51,835 nt of DNA from Chloroflexota bacterium (GCA_005880395.1 VBHQ01000157.1:1-51835); one strand, 5' to 3'; numbered from the stretch's first letter, positions 8,966 to 18,364 are shown. Made by a program: numbers and translations. The notes: generated by a model not told the origin, from the sequence alone.

Positions 8966-10387
8966 GTGAGCATGCCCCTGCTCGAACCATCGCTCGTGGA
9001 CAGCGTCATCAAGCGCGCCCTGAAATCGGGCGCCGATTTCGTCGAGCTGTTCGTCGAACGGAAACGCAACCAGTCGATCAGCGTCGAGGAAAGTAAGGTG
9101 CAGCGAATCAGCTCGGGCAATGACCTTGGTGCCGGGTTGCGCATCATCCACCGCGGCACCGTCAGCTATGTCTATACCGAGGATCTTTCGGAAGACGGCC
9201 TCTTGCGCAGCGCCGACCTCGCCGCGCAGGTGGGGCGGCGCGGCGGCGGACGCTTCGCGCTCGCCGACCTGGCCGGCGACGCGCACAAGCCACAGCTGAT
9301 CGAGGTGCCGCCGGAAAGCGTCGGGCCGGAGGCAAAGATCGAGCTGCTGCTCGAAGCGGACCAGGCGGCGCGGGCGGTGAGTGGCTCAATCCGGCAGGTC
9401 GCGGTTGGCTACGGCCAGAGCGCCCAGGAGGTGCTGGTCGCCACCTCCGAGGGCATGCAGCACGTTGATTCCCGGACTCGGGTGCGCCTGATGGTGCACG
9501 CGGTCGCGGAACGCAATGGCGAAATCCAGACCGCCATGGAGGCGCCGGGCATGCAGCAAGGGTTCGAGTTCTTCGACCAGACCTCGCCCGCCGAATACGC
9601 TCGCGCCGCCGCGCAGCGAGCCGTCGCCTTGCTCGACGCGGCTCCGTCACCGGCGGGGGCGATGCCGGTCGTCATCGGCAACGAATTCGGCGGCGTCCTG
9701 TTCCACGAGGCCTGCGGCCACGGGCTCGAGGCGGATTTCGTCGGCAAAGGCTCGACCGTCTTCACCGGCAAGATCGGCCAGCCTGTGGCCAGTCCGATCG
9801 TCACCGCGATCGATGACGGAACCTTGACCAGCCGCTGGGGAACGCTGAGCGTCGATGACGAAGGCGTCCCGACCCGGCGCAATACCTTGATCCAGGACGG
9901 CGTCCTCGTCAGCTACATGTTCGACCGGATTCGAGCCGGTCAGCAAAATCACCCGGTCACGGGCAACGGGCGCCGTCAGTCGTACCAGCACCTACCGATT
10001 CCGCGAATGACCAACACCTTCATCGCCGCCGGTGCGCACTCGGTGGCGGACATCATCGCCGCAACCCCTCATGGGCTGTATGCGAAGAAGCTCGGCGCCG
10101 GGCAGGTGGATGTGACGACCGGCGACTTCGTCTTCGCCGTCACCGAGGGCTACCTGATCGAGAATGGCCAGATCGGCCGGCCGGTGCGGGGCGCAACCAT
10201 CGTCGGCAACGGCCCTCGCGCGCTCCATCGCATCGACATGGTCGGCAACGATCTGAAGCTTGCTCCCGGCACTTGCGGCAAGGAAGGCCAGGCGGTGCCG
10301 GTGTCCGTCGGCCAGCCGACGATCCGGATCTCGGAGCTGACGGTTGGCGGCACCGGTATCGGTCCGGCCGGCGCCATGCGGCCTTGA
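8966..10387 (+). CDS. tldD: TldD family metalloprotease (start GTG 8966 or ATG 8972)
   Basis: 473 aa with the HEACGHGLEAD metal site. Typical TldD length and C-terminal region. Confidence 0.9.
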   Translation: MSMPLLEPSLVDSVIKRALKSGADFVELFVERKRNQSISVEESKVQRISSGNDLGAGLRIIHRGTVSYVYTEDLSEDGLLRSADLAAQVGRRGGGRFALADLAGDAHKPQLIEVPPESVGPEAKIELLLEADQAARAVSGSIRQVAVGYGQSAQEVLVATSEGMQHVDSRTRVRLMVHAVAERNGEIQTAMEAPGMQQGFEFFDQTSPAEYARAAAQRAVALLDAAPSPAGAMPVVIGNEFGGVLFHEACGHGLEADFVGKGSTVFTGKIGQPVASPIVTAIDDGTLTSRWGTLSVDDEGVPTRRNTLIQDGVLVSYMFDRIRAGQQNHPVTGNGRRQSYQHLPIPRMTNTFIAAGAHSVADIIAATPHGLYAKKLGAGQVDVTTGDFVFAVTEGYLIENGQIGRPVRGATIVGNGPRALHRIDMVGNDLKLAPGTCGKEGQAVPVSVGQPTIRISELTVGGTGIGPAGAMRP

Positions 10388-11721
10388 CCTCGGTCGCCGA
10401 GCGGCTGCTGGCGCGAGCCCGCCAGTCGGGCGCGGAGCATGCCGAGGTCTACGTCTCGACCGGCACCGAGTTCACGGTCGAAGTCTTCAAGGGCGAGATC
10501 GAGTCGCTTGTGTCAGCCGAAAGCCGCGGCGTCGGCTTGCGCACCTTCCGCGAACACCGGATCGGCTTCTCGTACACCTCCGAACTGGAGCCGGCGGCGC
10601 TCGACCGGCTGGTCGATGAGGCGCTGGAAAACGGTCGCTACAACACCGCCGAAGACGCGAACGTGCTGCCCCAACCGGAATCGATCGACCCGCTCGACGG
10701 GCTCGCGTCGTCCGCCCATGCGCCGACCGACCCCCAGCGCAAGATCGATTTCGCCCTCGAAATGGAGCGCCGGGCGACCGCATTGGATCCGCGCGTGCGT
10801 CGCGTCAGCAAGGCGCTCTACAGCGATGGACGCGGCGAGGTCGAGATTGCCAACAGCCATGGGCTGAGCGCCGGGTATGCGCGAACGATCGCCTATGGCG
10901 TGCTCGACACCATCGCCGAACAAGACTCGGAAATGCAATCCGGGTTCGCCTTCACCCACGGCCGCGACCTCGGCGAGCTCGACCTGGCGGGCGTCGTCGC
11001 GGAGGCGGTCGAGAATGCGGCCGGCTTGCTGGGGGCGCGGCCGGTCCCAACCGCCAGCGTTCCCGTGGTTTTTCACCCGCATGCGGCCGCCATGATCCTC
11101 GGCGTGCTTTCGAGCTCCTTCAGCGCCGATGCCGTCATCAAGCGGCGGTCATTACTGGCGGGCAAGGTGGGGCAGCAGGTCGGCTCCGCCATCGTCGACA
11201 TCAGCGATGATCCGCGGCTGGCTCAGGGACTGGCAAGCCGGCCATTCGACGGCGAAGGGGTTCCCTCGCGGCGGAACTCGCTGATCGAAAACGGTGTCCT
11301 GCAGGGCTATCTGCAAAACACCTACACCGCGATGCGCACCCAGAGCCAGTCGACCGGGAGCGCGGTTCGGTCGTACAAGAGCGTTCCCGAGGTCGGCGTT
11401 TCCAACCTGGTGCTCAAGCCCGGCTCACTGTCACGGGACGCGTTGCTGAAGCGGGTCGACAACGGGCTCCACGTCGAACAGCTTTCCGGGTTGAACACGG
11501 TCAACCCCGTCTCCGGTGAGTTCTCGCTCGGGCTCACCGGACACTGGATCGAAAAGGGCCAGCTGACGCGCCCGGTCAAAGAGCTAACCGTCGCGGGGAA
11601 TGTCATCGCGCTCCTCCAGAAGGTGATCGCGCTCGCCGACGATCTCCGCTTCATGTTCGCCGGCGGCTTCATCGGGAGTCCCAGCGTCTTGATCGAGGAG
11701 CTTCCCGTCGGCGGCCTCTAA
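10384..11721 (+). CDS. pmbA: PmbA/TldE family protein (TldD partner)
   Basis: An in-frame TTG at 10384 overlaps the tldD stop (TTGA). 445 aa with the PmbA_TldD fold pattern; the N-terminal part of the track ORF overlaps tldD. Confidence 0.85.
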   Translation: MTSVAERLLARARQSGAEHAEVYVSTGTEFTVEVFKGEIESLVSAESRGVGLRTFREHRIGFSYTSELEPAALDRLVDEALENGRYNTAEDANVLPQPESIDPLDGLASSAHAPTDPQRKIDFALEMERRATALDPRVRRVSKALYSDGRGEVEIANSHGLSAGYARTIAYGVLDTIAEQDSEMQSGFAFTHGRDLGELDLAGVVAEAVENAAGLLGARPVPTASVPVVFHPHAAAMILGVLSSSFSADAVIKRRSLLAGKVGQQVGSAIVDISDDPRLAQGLASRPFDGEGVPSRRNSLIENGVLQGYLQNTYTAMRTQSQSTGSAVRSYKSVPEVGVSNLVLKPGSLSRDALLKRVDNGLHVEQLSGLNTVNPVSGEFSLGLTGHWIEKGQLTRPVKELTVAGNVIALLQKVIALADDLRFMFAGGFIGSPSVLIEELPVGGL

Positions 11722-11759
11722 ACCGGAAAGGCGCTAGCGCGACGGGCTCGTCGAGTCAG

Positions 11760-12989
11760 GTGATCGTCTCGAAAAGGCCGTCACCCCTGCTGCTGCTTCT
11801 GCTCTTCTGGTTGGTCGGCATCAACCTGCGGACCGTGGTGCTGGGCGTACCGCCGACGCTGCCATCGTTGCATCGGGCGGTCTCGATTACCTACAGCGCG
11901 GCTGGCTTTCTCACCTCGCTGCCCATCCTCCTGATGGCGCTCGGGGCGATCCCGGGCGCCTACCTGATCAGTCGGGTCGGCTCCAGGCGGGCGGTCGCGA
12001 TTGGCCTGGCGCTCGTCAGCATCGGCGCCTTGTTCCGCGCCGCCGTTCCCAGCGTCACCGCGCTGTTCATCTTCACCGTCGTCTTCGCCGCCGGCATCGC
12101 GGTCAGCCAGCCGGCGATGCCCAGCCTGGCGCAGGCCTGGTTTCCCCACGGGGTTGGGCGCGCGATCGCCATCTATTCGAATGGGCTGCTGGTGGGCGAG
12201 GTGATCGCCGCCAGCATCACGCTCCCGCTCCTGGTCGTTCCCTTCGGCTGGCAGGTAGCGCTCGCCGCCTGGGCGGTCCCGGCCGCGCTCTTACTCGCGC
12301 TCTGGCTGACGCTGACGCCCTCCACCAGCGGTCAAGCGCCGGCCACCACGGCCTGGCTGCCGGATTGGCGCAGCGGCTCGATGCTGCGGATCGGCTTGCT
12401 GATGGGAGGCGCGAGCCTCGTGTACTTCGGGATGAATAGCTGGATCCCAGACACCCTCGACGCTCGCCATGGGCATGGCCTGATCGCCTTGACCCTCGGT
12501 GCGCTGAACGCGATGCAATTGCCGGTGAGCTTCTGGCTGACCCTCAACGGCAATCGGATGCTGGGCCGCCGGTGGCCCTACGTCGTCGCCGGCATCGGAT
12601 CGCTCGTCGGGGTCACCGGCTATGCGCTGGCGCCGGTTGAGACGGCGCCGGTCTGGGCGGGGTTAACTGGCGCCGCCAGCAGCCTGGCGTTTATCCTCAA
12701 TCTGGGCTTGCCGGCATTGCTCGCCCCGTCGGAAGTCGCCCGCATCAGCGGCTTCATGTTCGCAATTGGCTACGGAACGGCCTTTTTCGGGCCGGCACTC
12801 GGCGGCGTCGTCTGGGACTGGTCCGGTCAGTTCCGTTTTGCCCTGCTGCCGATGCTGCTGGGCTCGCTGGCGATGCTCGGGTTCGGGGCGACGCTGCCGG
12901 CGATCGCGCTCAGGTCGCGAGGGCCGCGGGCGGCGTCTGCACCAGCCTGGTCATGGCGTCGAGCCCTGCGATCACGTCTTCGCGGCTGA
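11760..12989 (+). CDS. MFS transporter, CynX/NimT-like
   Basis: 409 aa, 12 predicted TM segments, GINLRT... N-terminus typical of cyanate-permease-like MFS. The last ~25 aa overlap a convergent gene. Confidence 0.75.
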   Translation: MIVSKRPSPLLLLLLFWLVGINLRTVVLGVPPTLPSLHRAVSITYSAAGFLTSLPILLMALGAIPGAYLISRVGSRRAVAIGLALVSIGALFRAAVPSVTALFIFTVVFAAGIAVSQPAMPSLAQAWFPHGVGRAIAIYSNGLLVGEVIAASITLPLLVVPFGWQVALAAWAVPAALLLALWLTLTPSTSGQAPATTAWLPDWRSGSMLRIGLLMGGASLVYFGMNSWIPDTLDARHGHGLIALTLGALNAMQLPVSFWLTLNGNRMLGRRWPYVVAGIGSLVGVTGYALAPVETAPVWAGLTGAASSLAFILNLGLPALLAPSEVARISGFMFAIGYGTAFFGPALGGVVWDWSGQFRFALLPMLLGSLAMLGFGATLPAIALRSRGPRAASAPAWSWRRALRSRLRG

Positions 12990-13635
12990 TCGCGTCGCGA
13001 TCCGCGCGTAGCGCCCGGCTCATCCCGACCACCTGGGCGCTGAAGGTCATGTAACTGGTGAGGATGCTGCCGCGGACCGCGTGCAGCTTTTCGCCCGTGA
13101 GCCCGGCTTCCACCGCGCCCAGCAGCCGTCCGGCGGCGCGCAGCGTCGGGTAGGCGTTGTCCTTCGTCAACCGGACGCGTCGAAGCCGGTGGAAGAAGGC
13201 AACGTCCGGCTCGGCCGGCGCCATGGTCTCGAGAAAACGCTCGCCGCCGGCGAGCAGCCGGCGCATCGCGGCATAGGCCACATCGAGCCGTGCCGAGCCG
13301 GTTCGCTGCTGGGTGTGCCCATAGTGCCAGAGCACGACGGCGTCCGCGAACGAGAAGAAGACGTTGCGATAGAGCGTGTCCCCGGTGAGGGTGGACATCA
13401 GTGCATTCCGCAGTCCGGCCTTCGCGGATTTCAGCAACGGCCGTTCGAAGAGGTCGTCGACCAGCCCCGCCCATTGCGGTCGAGCGGCCTGCGATGCGGT
13501 CGCCATCACGGCAAAGGCAGGGATCGCCGGCAGCGCCTCGATGGCGGCGGCGACGCCGGTGGCTTCACGGCCACCGACTTCGAGCAGGGCGGCTCGCGCC
13601 TCGGCGACCGCGGGCGCGACCAGCGTCGGGCTCAT
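12910..13635 (-). CDS. Hypothetical all-alpha protein, translationally coupled to the PHP gene
   Basis: ATG 13633-13635 overlaps the PHP stop (ATGA). GC3-rich frame. No family recognised. Confidence 0.5.
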   Translation of the reverse strand: MSPTLVAPAVAEARAALLEVGGREATGVAAAIEALPAIPAFAVMATASQAARPQWAGLVDDLFERPLLKSAKAGLRNALMSTLTGDTLYRNVFFSFADAVVLWHYGHTQQRTGSARLDVAYAAMRRLLAGGERFLETMAPAEPDVAFFHRLRRVRLTKDNAYPTLRAAGRLLGAVEAGLTGEKLHAVRGSILTSYMTFSAQVVGMSRALRADRDAISREDVIAGLDAMTRLVQTPPAALAT

Positions 13636-14489
13636 CCGGCCTTCTCCAGCGCCGGCCACTGGATCCGCTGACCGAGACGGTCAAGGTAACGCTGGTCGAT
13701 GGTGACCTTCGGCGCCTCATAGGGGTCGCCGTTGAAGCCGTGATAGTCGGTGCCGACGGTCGCCAGCAGCCCGTGCTCGGTGGCGAGCGCCTCATAGACC
13801 GGGATCTGCTCCGGGCGATGCCGGCGGGTGTAAACCTCGAGTCCATCGACCAGCGGGAGGACTTCTTTCATCAGCGCCTGGTCGGGGACCGAACCCGGAT
13901 GGGCATGCACCGCGAGGCCCCCGGCCTCGTGGATCACGGCAACGGCCTCCGCCGGCGAGGGGACGCCGCGGTCGAAATCCGCCGGAAGCGACGCGGCCGC
14001 CTCGCGCACGCTGTCCCAGGCTTCGCGTTCGCCCATCCGGCCGTGCTGCAGGAGGACCTTGAGGACGGCGCCGGGCATAAGCGTCGGCCGGTCGCGACAG
14101 GCATCGAGCCCGAGTCCACGGCCGATGCCCCGGTCGAGCAGGAGTTCGATCCAGGCTTCGGTCTGGCGCCGCCAGACCGCCTGGCTGCGGTCGATCATGG
14201 CCAGCAATGCCGGGTGATGCGGGTCGACGCCATGCGCGAGGATATGGCGCATCTGGTTCGGCGGGTAGGTCGTGACCTCCAGCGCCGGCACGTAACCCAG
14301 GCCGCGCCGATGGGCGACCTCCCGGGCCCGATCGATGCCGATGACCGTGTCATGGTCGGTCAGGGCCATCACCCGGACGCCCTGATCGGCGGCAAGATCG
14401 GGCACCTCATCCGGGTCGCGCCAGCCGTCACTGGCGGTGGAATGCATGTGGAGATCGACGAGCACTGGCCCTAAGTCTACCGAGGCCAT
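13632..14489 (-). CDS. PHP domain phosphoesterase (TrpH/YciV-like)
   Basis: 285 aa with VDLHMHSTASDG, LTDHDT and later His/Asp metal ligands. Confidence 0.85.
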   Translation of the reverse strand: MASVDLGPVLVDLHMHSTASDGWRDPDEVPDLAADQGVRVMALTDHDTVIGIDRAREVAHRRGLGYVPALEVTTYPPNQMRHILAHGVDPHHPALLAMIDRSQAVWRRQTEAWIELLLDRGIGRGLGLDACRDRPTLMPGAVLKVLLQHGRMGEREAWDSVREAAASLPADFDRGVPSPAEAVAVIHEAGGLAVHAHPGSVPDQALMKEVLPLVDGLEVYTRRHRPEQIPVYEALATEHGLLATVGTDYHGFNGDPYEAPKVTIDQRYLDRLGQRIQWPALEKAG

Positions 14490-14598
14490 TCCGGGCCTCC
14501 CGCCAACTCGTCCAAGTCACGGGGTGACGGATTTTCTGGCCGTCGCCGTTGGGCTGAATAAGTGCAGTCGGCAACCGGTTGTTCTTGAGGTGGATGGA

Positions 14599-14838
14599 AT
14601 GCTGGGAGAACGCGAAGTCATTCAGCTGATCGAAGATAACGAGTATCCGGCGCGCGTGATCGAAATCGGGCTCGTCTGGATCGAACTCGAGATCACCGAC
14701 CTCAAGACCAAGGTCGTCCGGCGGGAACGGCTTTCCAAATCGGCCTTTGCCGACCTGATCCTCGACTGGCGCGAGCGGCGGACTCGGAGCGTCCGCGAGA
14801 TCGCGCCGGCCCTTCGAAAGATCGGCATCGCGGCCTAG
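14599..14838 (+). CDS. Small hypothetical protein (79 aa)
   Basis: Internal ATG of ORF 14437-14838, chosen because the upstream part overlaps the PHP gene. No family recognised. Confidence 0.3.
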   Translation: MLGEREVIQLIEDNEYPARVIEIGLVWIELEITDLKTKVVRRERLSKSAFADLILDWRERRTRSVREIAPALRKIGIAA

Positions 14839-14900
14839 TTCGGCTCAACGCCGGCTGACCGCCGGCCAACGGATGGGCTGGCCACGCTGTCGTCTTTCTT

Positions 14901-14906
14901 TATACT
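14901..14906 (+). promoter_or_regulatory. -10-like TATACT, 9 nt upstream of ATG 14916
   Basis: AT-rich tctttcttTATACT in a GC-rich intergenic region. No SD. Confidence 0.3.
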
Positions 14907-14915
14907 GGTGATGGC

Positions 14916-15977
14916 ATGATCACTCGACCTCGTCCGCTGATGAGGCTGCTGCCCGCCCTGGCTGCGCTGCTGCTGGCCGCCTGCGGCAATCCGGCCACCG
15001 CGCCACTGACGCCGACTCCGACCCCGGGCCGGCCCGGCCCCGCCATGGTGCAGGTGGAAAACTCGGTGCTCGCCAGGCCGCAATCGGGCCTGCAGCAGGC
15101 GGACCTGGTCTTCGAATACCTCGCCGAAGGCGGCATCACCCGGATGACCGTGATCTACTTCAAGCCGTCGGGCACGCAGCGGATCGAGCCGGTTCGCAGT
15201 GCCCGCCCGGTGACGATCCGGCTCTGGCACGCCTATCACGGCGTGATCTTCTTCTCCGGTGCGAATCAGAAAGTCCTCGACATGATTTCGCAGCAACAGA
15301 TCCCGGCGTTGACCGAAGGGAGCGATGGGGGCGCCTACTTCTCCCGCGATCCGGCGCGGCAGGCGCCGCACAACCTCTATACGGATGGCAACCGGCTCGC
15401 CCAGGGCATCGATAAACACGCGCCCAAAGTCACCTACCAGCTGCCGGTCGCGGGAACACCGGCCGCGAGCCCGGCTCCCACGGCGGCAAACCGGATCGTC
15501 TTCGACCAGACGAATGTCCACAAGGTTACCTACACCTATGCAGCCGCGGACAACGCCTACAGCTACGGCACCGAGACCGGACCTCTGATCGACCATAACA
15601 CCGGCCAGCCGATCAAGCCGGTCAATGTCATCGTGGTGCAGGTCGCACACCATAACGCCGGCTTCACCGATGTGCTGGGGGCACCCGCGGTCGACTTCGA
15701 CCTGACTGGCACCGGGCCCGCCGATGTCTTCACCCAGGGAAAGCATTACTCGGCCAAATGGGATCTGAGCAATCCGGAGCTGCCGCTGAAGATCGTCGGC
15801 GCCGATGGCCAGTTGATGCATCTTCCTGCCGGTCGGCGCCGATCGAAACCGCATGGGCCTATCTGCTCGACGTTCGCAAGGTTGCCAGTTGCGTGCCGGG
15901 TGGATCGCTTACCGAGGTGGTCGATGACCATACCTACGACGGGAAGATCGAGATCCGTCTCGGCCCGATTGCGGTGA
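14916..15977 (+). CDS. DUF3048 family lipoprotein. The native C-terminus is lost after ~15833, and the ORF tail reads out of frame across coxG.
   Basis: Lipobox LLAACG. The family-like core runs up to GKHYSAKWDLSNPELPLKIVGADGQLMHLPAG; after that comes an Arg-rich tail (RRRSKPHGPICSTFARL...). Confidence 0.65.
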   Translation: MITRPRPLMRLLPALAALLLAACGNPATAPLTPTPTPGRPGPAMVQVENSVLARPQSGLQQADLVFEYLAEGGITRMTVIYFKPSGTQRIEPVRSARPVTIRLWHAYHGVIFFSGANQKVLDMISQQQIPALTEGSDGGAYFSRDPARQAPHNLYTDGNRLAQGIDKHAPKVTYQLPVAGTPAASPAPTAANRIVFDQTNVHKVTYTYAAADNAYSYGTETGPLIDHNTGQPIKPVNVIVVQVAHHNAGFTDVLGAPAVDFDLTGTGPADVFTQGKHYSAKWDLSNPELPLKIVGADGQLMHLPAGRRRSKPHGPICSTFARLPVACRVDRLPRWSMTIPTTGRSRSVSARLR

Positions 15978-16270
15978 GTTACCGGGGGCGGGTCACCTTG
16001 CAGAACATCGACGCCGACGGGCATCGCCTCGAGATCAAGGCCCAGGGTGTGGAGAGCCGCGGCCGCGGTGGCGCCTCCTCGACCACGACCGCCGAGCTAA
16101 CGCCGAGCGATGCGGGGACCAGCGTTGTCATGAGCAGCGACCTGCAGGTGAGCGGCGTCGTCGCCCAGTTCGGTCGCAGCGGCATCATGCAAGAGGTGGC
16201 CCAGCGGCTGACGCAGCGGTTCGGCAGCTGCGTCGAGCAACAGCTCAAGGCCGCCGCGACCGCCGGCTGA
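15758..16270 (+). CDS. coxG: CoxG / SRPBCC family protein. The recognisable part starts at ~15836 and the native N-terminus appears to be missing.
   Basis: APIETAWAYLLDVRKVASCVPGG...IEIRLGPIAVSYRGRV is typical of CoxG. The only in-frame ATG (15758) lies 220 nt inside the DUF3048 gene. Confidence 0.65.
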   Translation: MGSEQSGAAAEDRRRRWPVDASSCRSAPIETAWAYLLDVRKVASCVPGGSLTEVVDDHTYDGKIEIRLGPIAVSYRGRVTLQNIDADGHRLEIKAQGVESRGRGGASSTTTAELTPSDAGTSVVMSSDLQVSGVVAQFGRSGIMQEVAQRLTQRFGSCVEQQLKAAATAG

Positions 16271-16824
16271 TTGCGGGGATCCTGCTCGCCGCCGGGCGGT
16301 CGAGCCGGTTCGGACGGCAGAAGCTGCTGGAATCGTGGGCCGGCCAGCCGCTCGTGCGGCACAGTGCCGAGGTCTTTCTTGGGGCCGGCCTGGCGCCGCT
16401 CGTGGCGGTGGTCTCGACCGATCCGGCTCTGCGCCGGGCGCTCGATGGTCTTGCCCTGTTGCTCGTCGAGAACCCGACGCCGGAGACCGGAATCAGTCGC
16501 TCGATCGCCCTCGGCATTGCAGCCGTTCCGGCCCAGGCCGATGCGGCACTGATCGGCGTGGCCGACCAGCCGCACCTGACGGCGAGCGGACTGCGGTCGC
16601 TGATGGATGCATTCCGGCCGGGGACGATGGTCGTGCCGCGTTATGGGGACCATCGCGGCAATCCGGTCCTGTTCGACCGTCGGTTCTTTGGAGAGTTGGA
16701 ACGCCTGTCCGGCGACCGCGGCGGGCAGCGTCTCATCGCGGCGCATCCGGCGGCGGCCATCGAGGTCGCGCTCCCGCAAGCGATGGGAATCGACGTCGAT
16801 CGGCCCGAAGAGTGGCCGAGCTAG
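16267..16824 (+). CDS. MobA/MocA-like nucleotidyltransferase (molybdenum cofactor cytidylyltransferase-like). No canonical start at the family N-terminus.
   Basis: The frame reads (L)IAGILLAAGRSSRFGRQKLL from 16267/16270, directly overlapping the coxG stop (CTGA). The first ATG/GTG/TTG is only at 16354. Confidence 0.7.
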   Translation: MIAGILLAAGRSSRFGRQKLLESWAGQPLVRHSAEVFLGAGLAPLVAVVSTDPALRRALDGLALLLVENPTPETGISRSIALGIAAVPAQADAALIGVADQPHLTASGLRSLMDAFRPGTMVVPRYGDHRGNPVLFDRRFFGELERLSGDRGGQRLIAAHPAAAIEVALPQAMGIDVDRPEEWPS

Positions 16825-16831
16825 CCGAGAA

Positions 16832-17347
16832 ATGGCTCCAGAGTTGCAGGTGCGGGCGTTTTCAGCCGCCGACGCACCGGCGGTGGCGGCCATCTACAAC
16901 CAGGGCATCGCGGAGCGAATCGCCACGTTTGAGACCGAACCTCGGTCGCCATCGACGATGGCCGAGCAGTTCGGAAAGCGCGCCGACACGCATCCCGCGA
17001 TCGTGGTCGAGCAGGCCGGCGAGGTGGTCGCCGTAGCCTGGACGAGCGAGTACCGGCCGCGACGCGCCTATGCGGGTATCGCCGAGACCTCGGTCTACGT
17101 GGCGAAAGACGCTCGTGGACAGGGACTTGGCCGGCTGGCGTTAGCCAGCGTGATCGACGCCGCGGAGCGCAAGGGATTCTGGAAGCTCGTTTCGCGCATC
17201 TTCCCCGAGAACGCCGCCAGCAGGCGACTCTGCGCGACGCTTGGGTTCCGCGAAGTCGGGGTTTACCATCGCCATGGAAAGCTCGATGGCGTGTGGCGCG
17301 ATTGCATCATCGTCGAACGGTTGCTGGGCGAGGCGCTCAATCCATGA
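16832..17347 (+). CDS. GNAT N-acetyltransferase (phosphinothricin acetyltransferase-like)
   Basis: 171 aa from ATG 16832: IYNQGIAERIATFETEP...RGQGLGRLAL...GFREVGV. Confidence 0.8.
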   Translation: MAPELQVRAFSAADAPAVAAIYNQGIAERIATFETEPRSPSTMAEQFGKRADTHPAIVVEQAGEVVAVAWTSEYRPRRAYAGIAETSVYVAKDARGQGLGRLALASVIDAAERKGFWKLVSRIFPENAASRRLCATLGFREVGVYHRHGKLDGVWRDCIIVERLLGEALNP

Positions 17348-17353
17348 CCGGAC

Positions 17354-18364
17354 TCAGCCGGCGCCGCTGAGCCTCGCTTCATGGGCATCGGCGCCGGCGA
17401 CCAGGCCGAGAAAGCGGTCGACAAGCGCCGCGTCCCACTGCTTACCCGCTCCCTGGCGCAGGGTGCGGACCGCTTCCTCTTTGGTCCGCCGCGGCCGGTA
17501 GGGCCGGTCGCTGGTCATCGCGACGAAGGCATCAGAGACCGCGATGATTCTGGCGAAGAGCGGGATCGACTCGCCGATCACCCCATCCGGGTACCCCGCG
17601 CCGTCGATCCGTTCGTGATGGTGGCGAATGGCGGGGAGCAGTTGGTCTGATCCGGGCAGGGCGCGAAGAATCTCTTCACCGACGATCGGATGTCGCTTGA
17701 CGGCGTTGAACTCGCTGGGATCGAGTCGCGCGTGCTTGGTCAGGACCTCAACCGGAACGGCGACGCTGCCGACATCGTGGAGCAGCGCGGCCTTGTAGAG
17801 CAGCGTCAGCTGGTCCTTCCCCAATCCGCAGGCTTCCCCGAGCTGCATCGCCCAGTGCGCCACTTTTTCGGAAATCCCGCCGCTGCTGTGGTCGCGGTCC
17901 TCGACTGATCGGGCGAGCGTCAACACGGCGCCCTCCAACTCGTAGATCTGGAGCCGCAGCGCCCGGATTCGAAATTGCGCACGCACGATCCCCAGCAGGG
18001 TCGCGTCGTCGAAGGGACGGGCACAGACGTCGTCCGCACCGGCGGACAGCGCCTTCTCGCGCTTGACGTCGTCTTCGCTATCGACGATGACGACCACGGA
18101 CGTTTCTCGAGTCGCCGGCGCCTGCTTGATCGCGCGGCAGACATCGAGGCCGTCCATGTCGGGAAGCAGCGCCTCACAGACAACGAGATCGCATTCATGC
18201 GCGGACAGCAGCCGCAGGGCCGCCGCGCCCTCGGCGGCCTTGATCAGTCGATAGCCGGCGATTTCCAGTGCGGCCGCCGGCCCACGGGCGCGGCCCTGAT
18301 CGTCATCGACCAGCAGTACGGTGCTCCGCGCTTCAGCGCTGCTTGCCGTGCCCTGATCGATCAT
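17354..18364 (-). CDS. Response regulator with receiver + HD-GYP domain (c-di-GMP phosphodiesterase-like)
   Basis: LLVDDD...DLVVCEALLPDMDG receiver. HD domain with LLHDVG and HHERIDGAGYPDG. Confidence 0.85.
   Translation of the reverse strand: MIDQGTASSAEARSTVLLVDDDQGRARGPAAALEIAGYRLIKAAEGAAALRLLSAHECDLVVCEALLPDMDGLDVCRAIKQAPATRETSVVVIVDSEDDVKREKALSAGADDVCARPFDDATLLGIVRAQFRIRALRLQIYELEGAVLTLARSVEDRDHSSGGISEKVAHWAMQLGEACGLGKDQLTLLYKAALLHDVGSVAVPVEVLTKHARLDPSEFNAVKRHPIVGEEILRALPGSDQLLPAIRHHHERIDGAGYPDGVIGESIPLFARIIAVSDAFVAMTSDRPYRPRRTKEEAVRTLRQGAGKQWDAALVDRFLGLVAGADAHEARLSGAG

Noticed and set aside
14835-15854. 339-aa minus-strand ORF antisense to the DUF3048 gene
   Set aside because: It is a shadow ORF. 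The plus strand has a lipoprotein signal and a family-like core.
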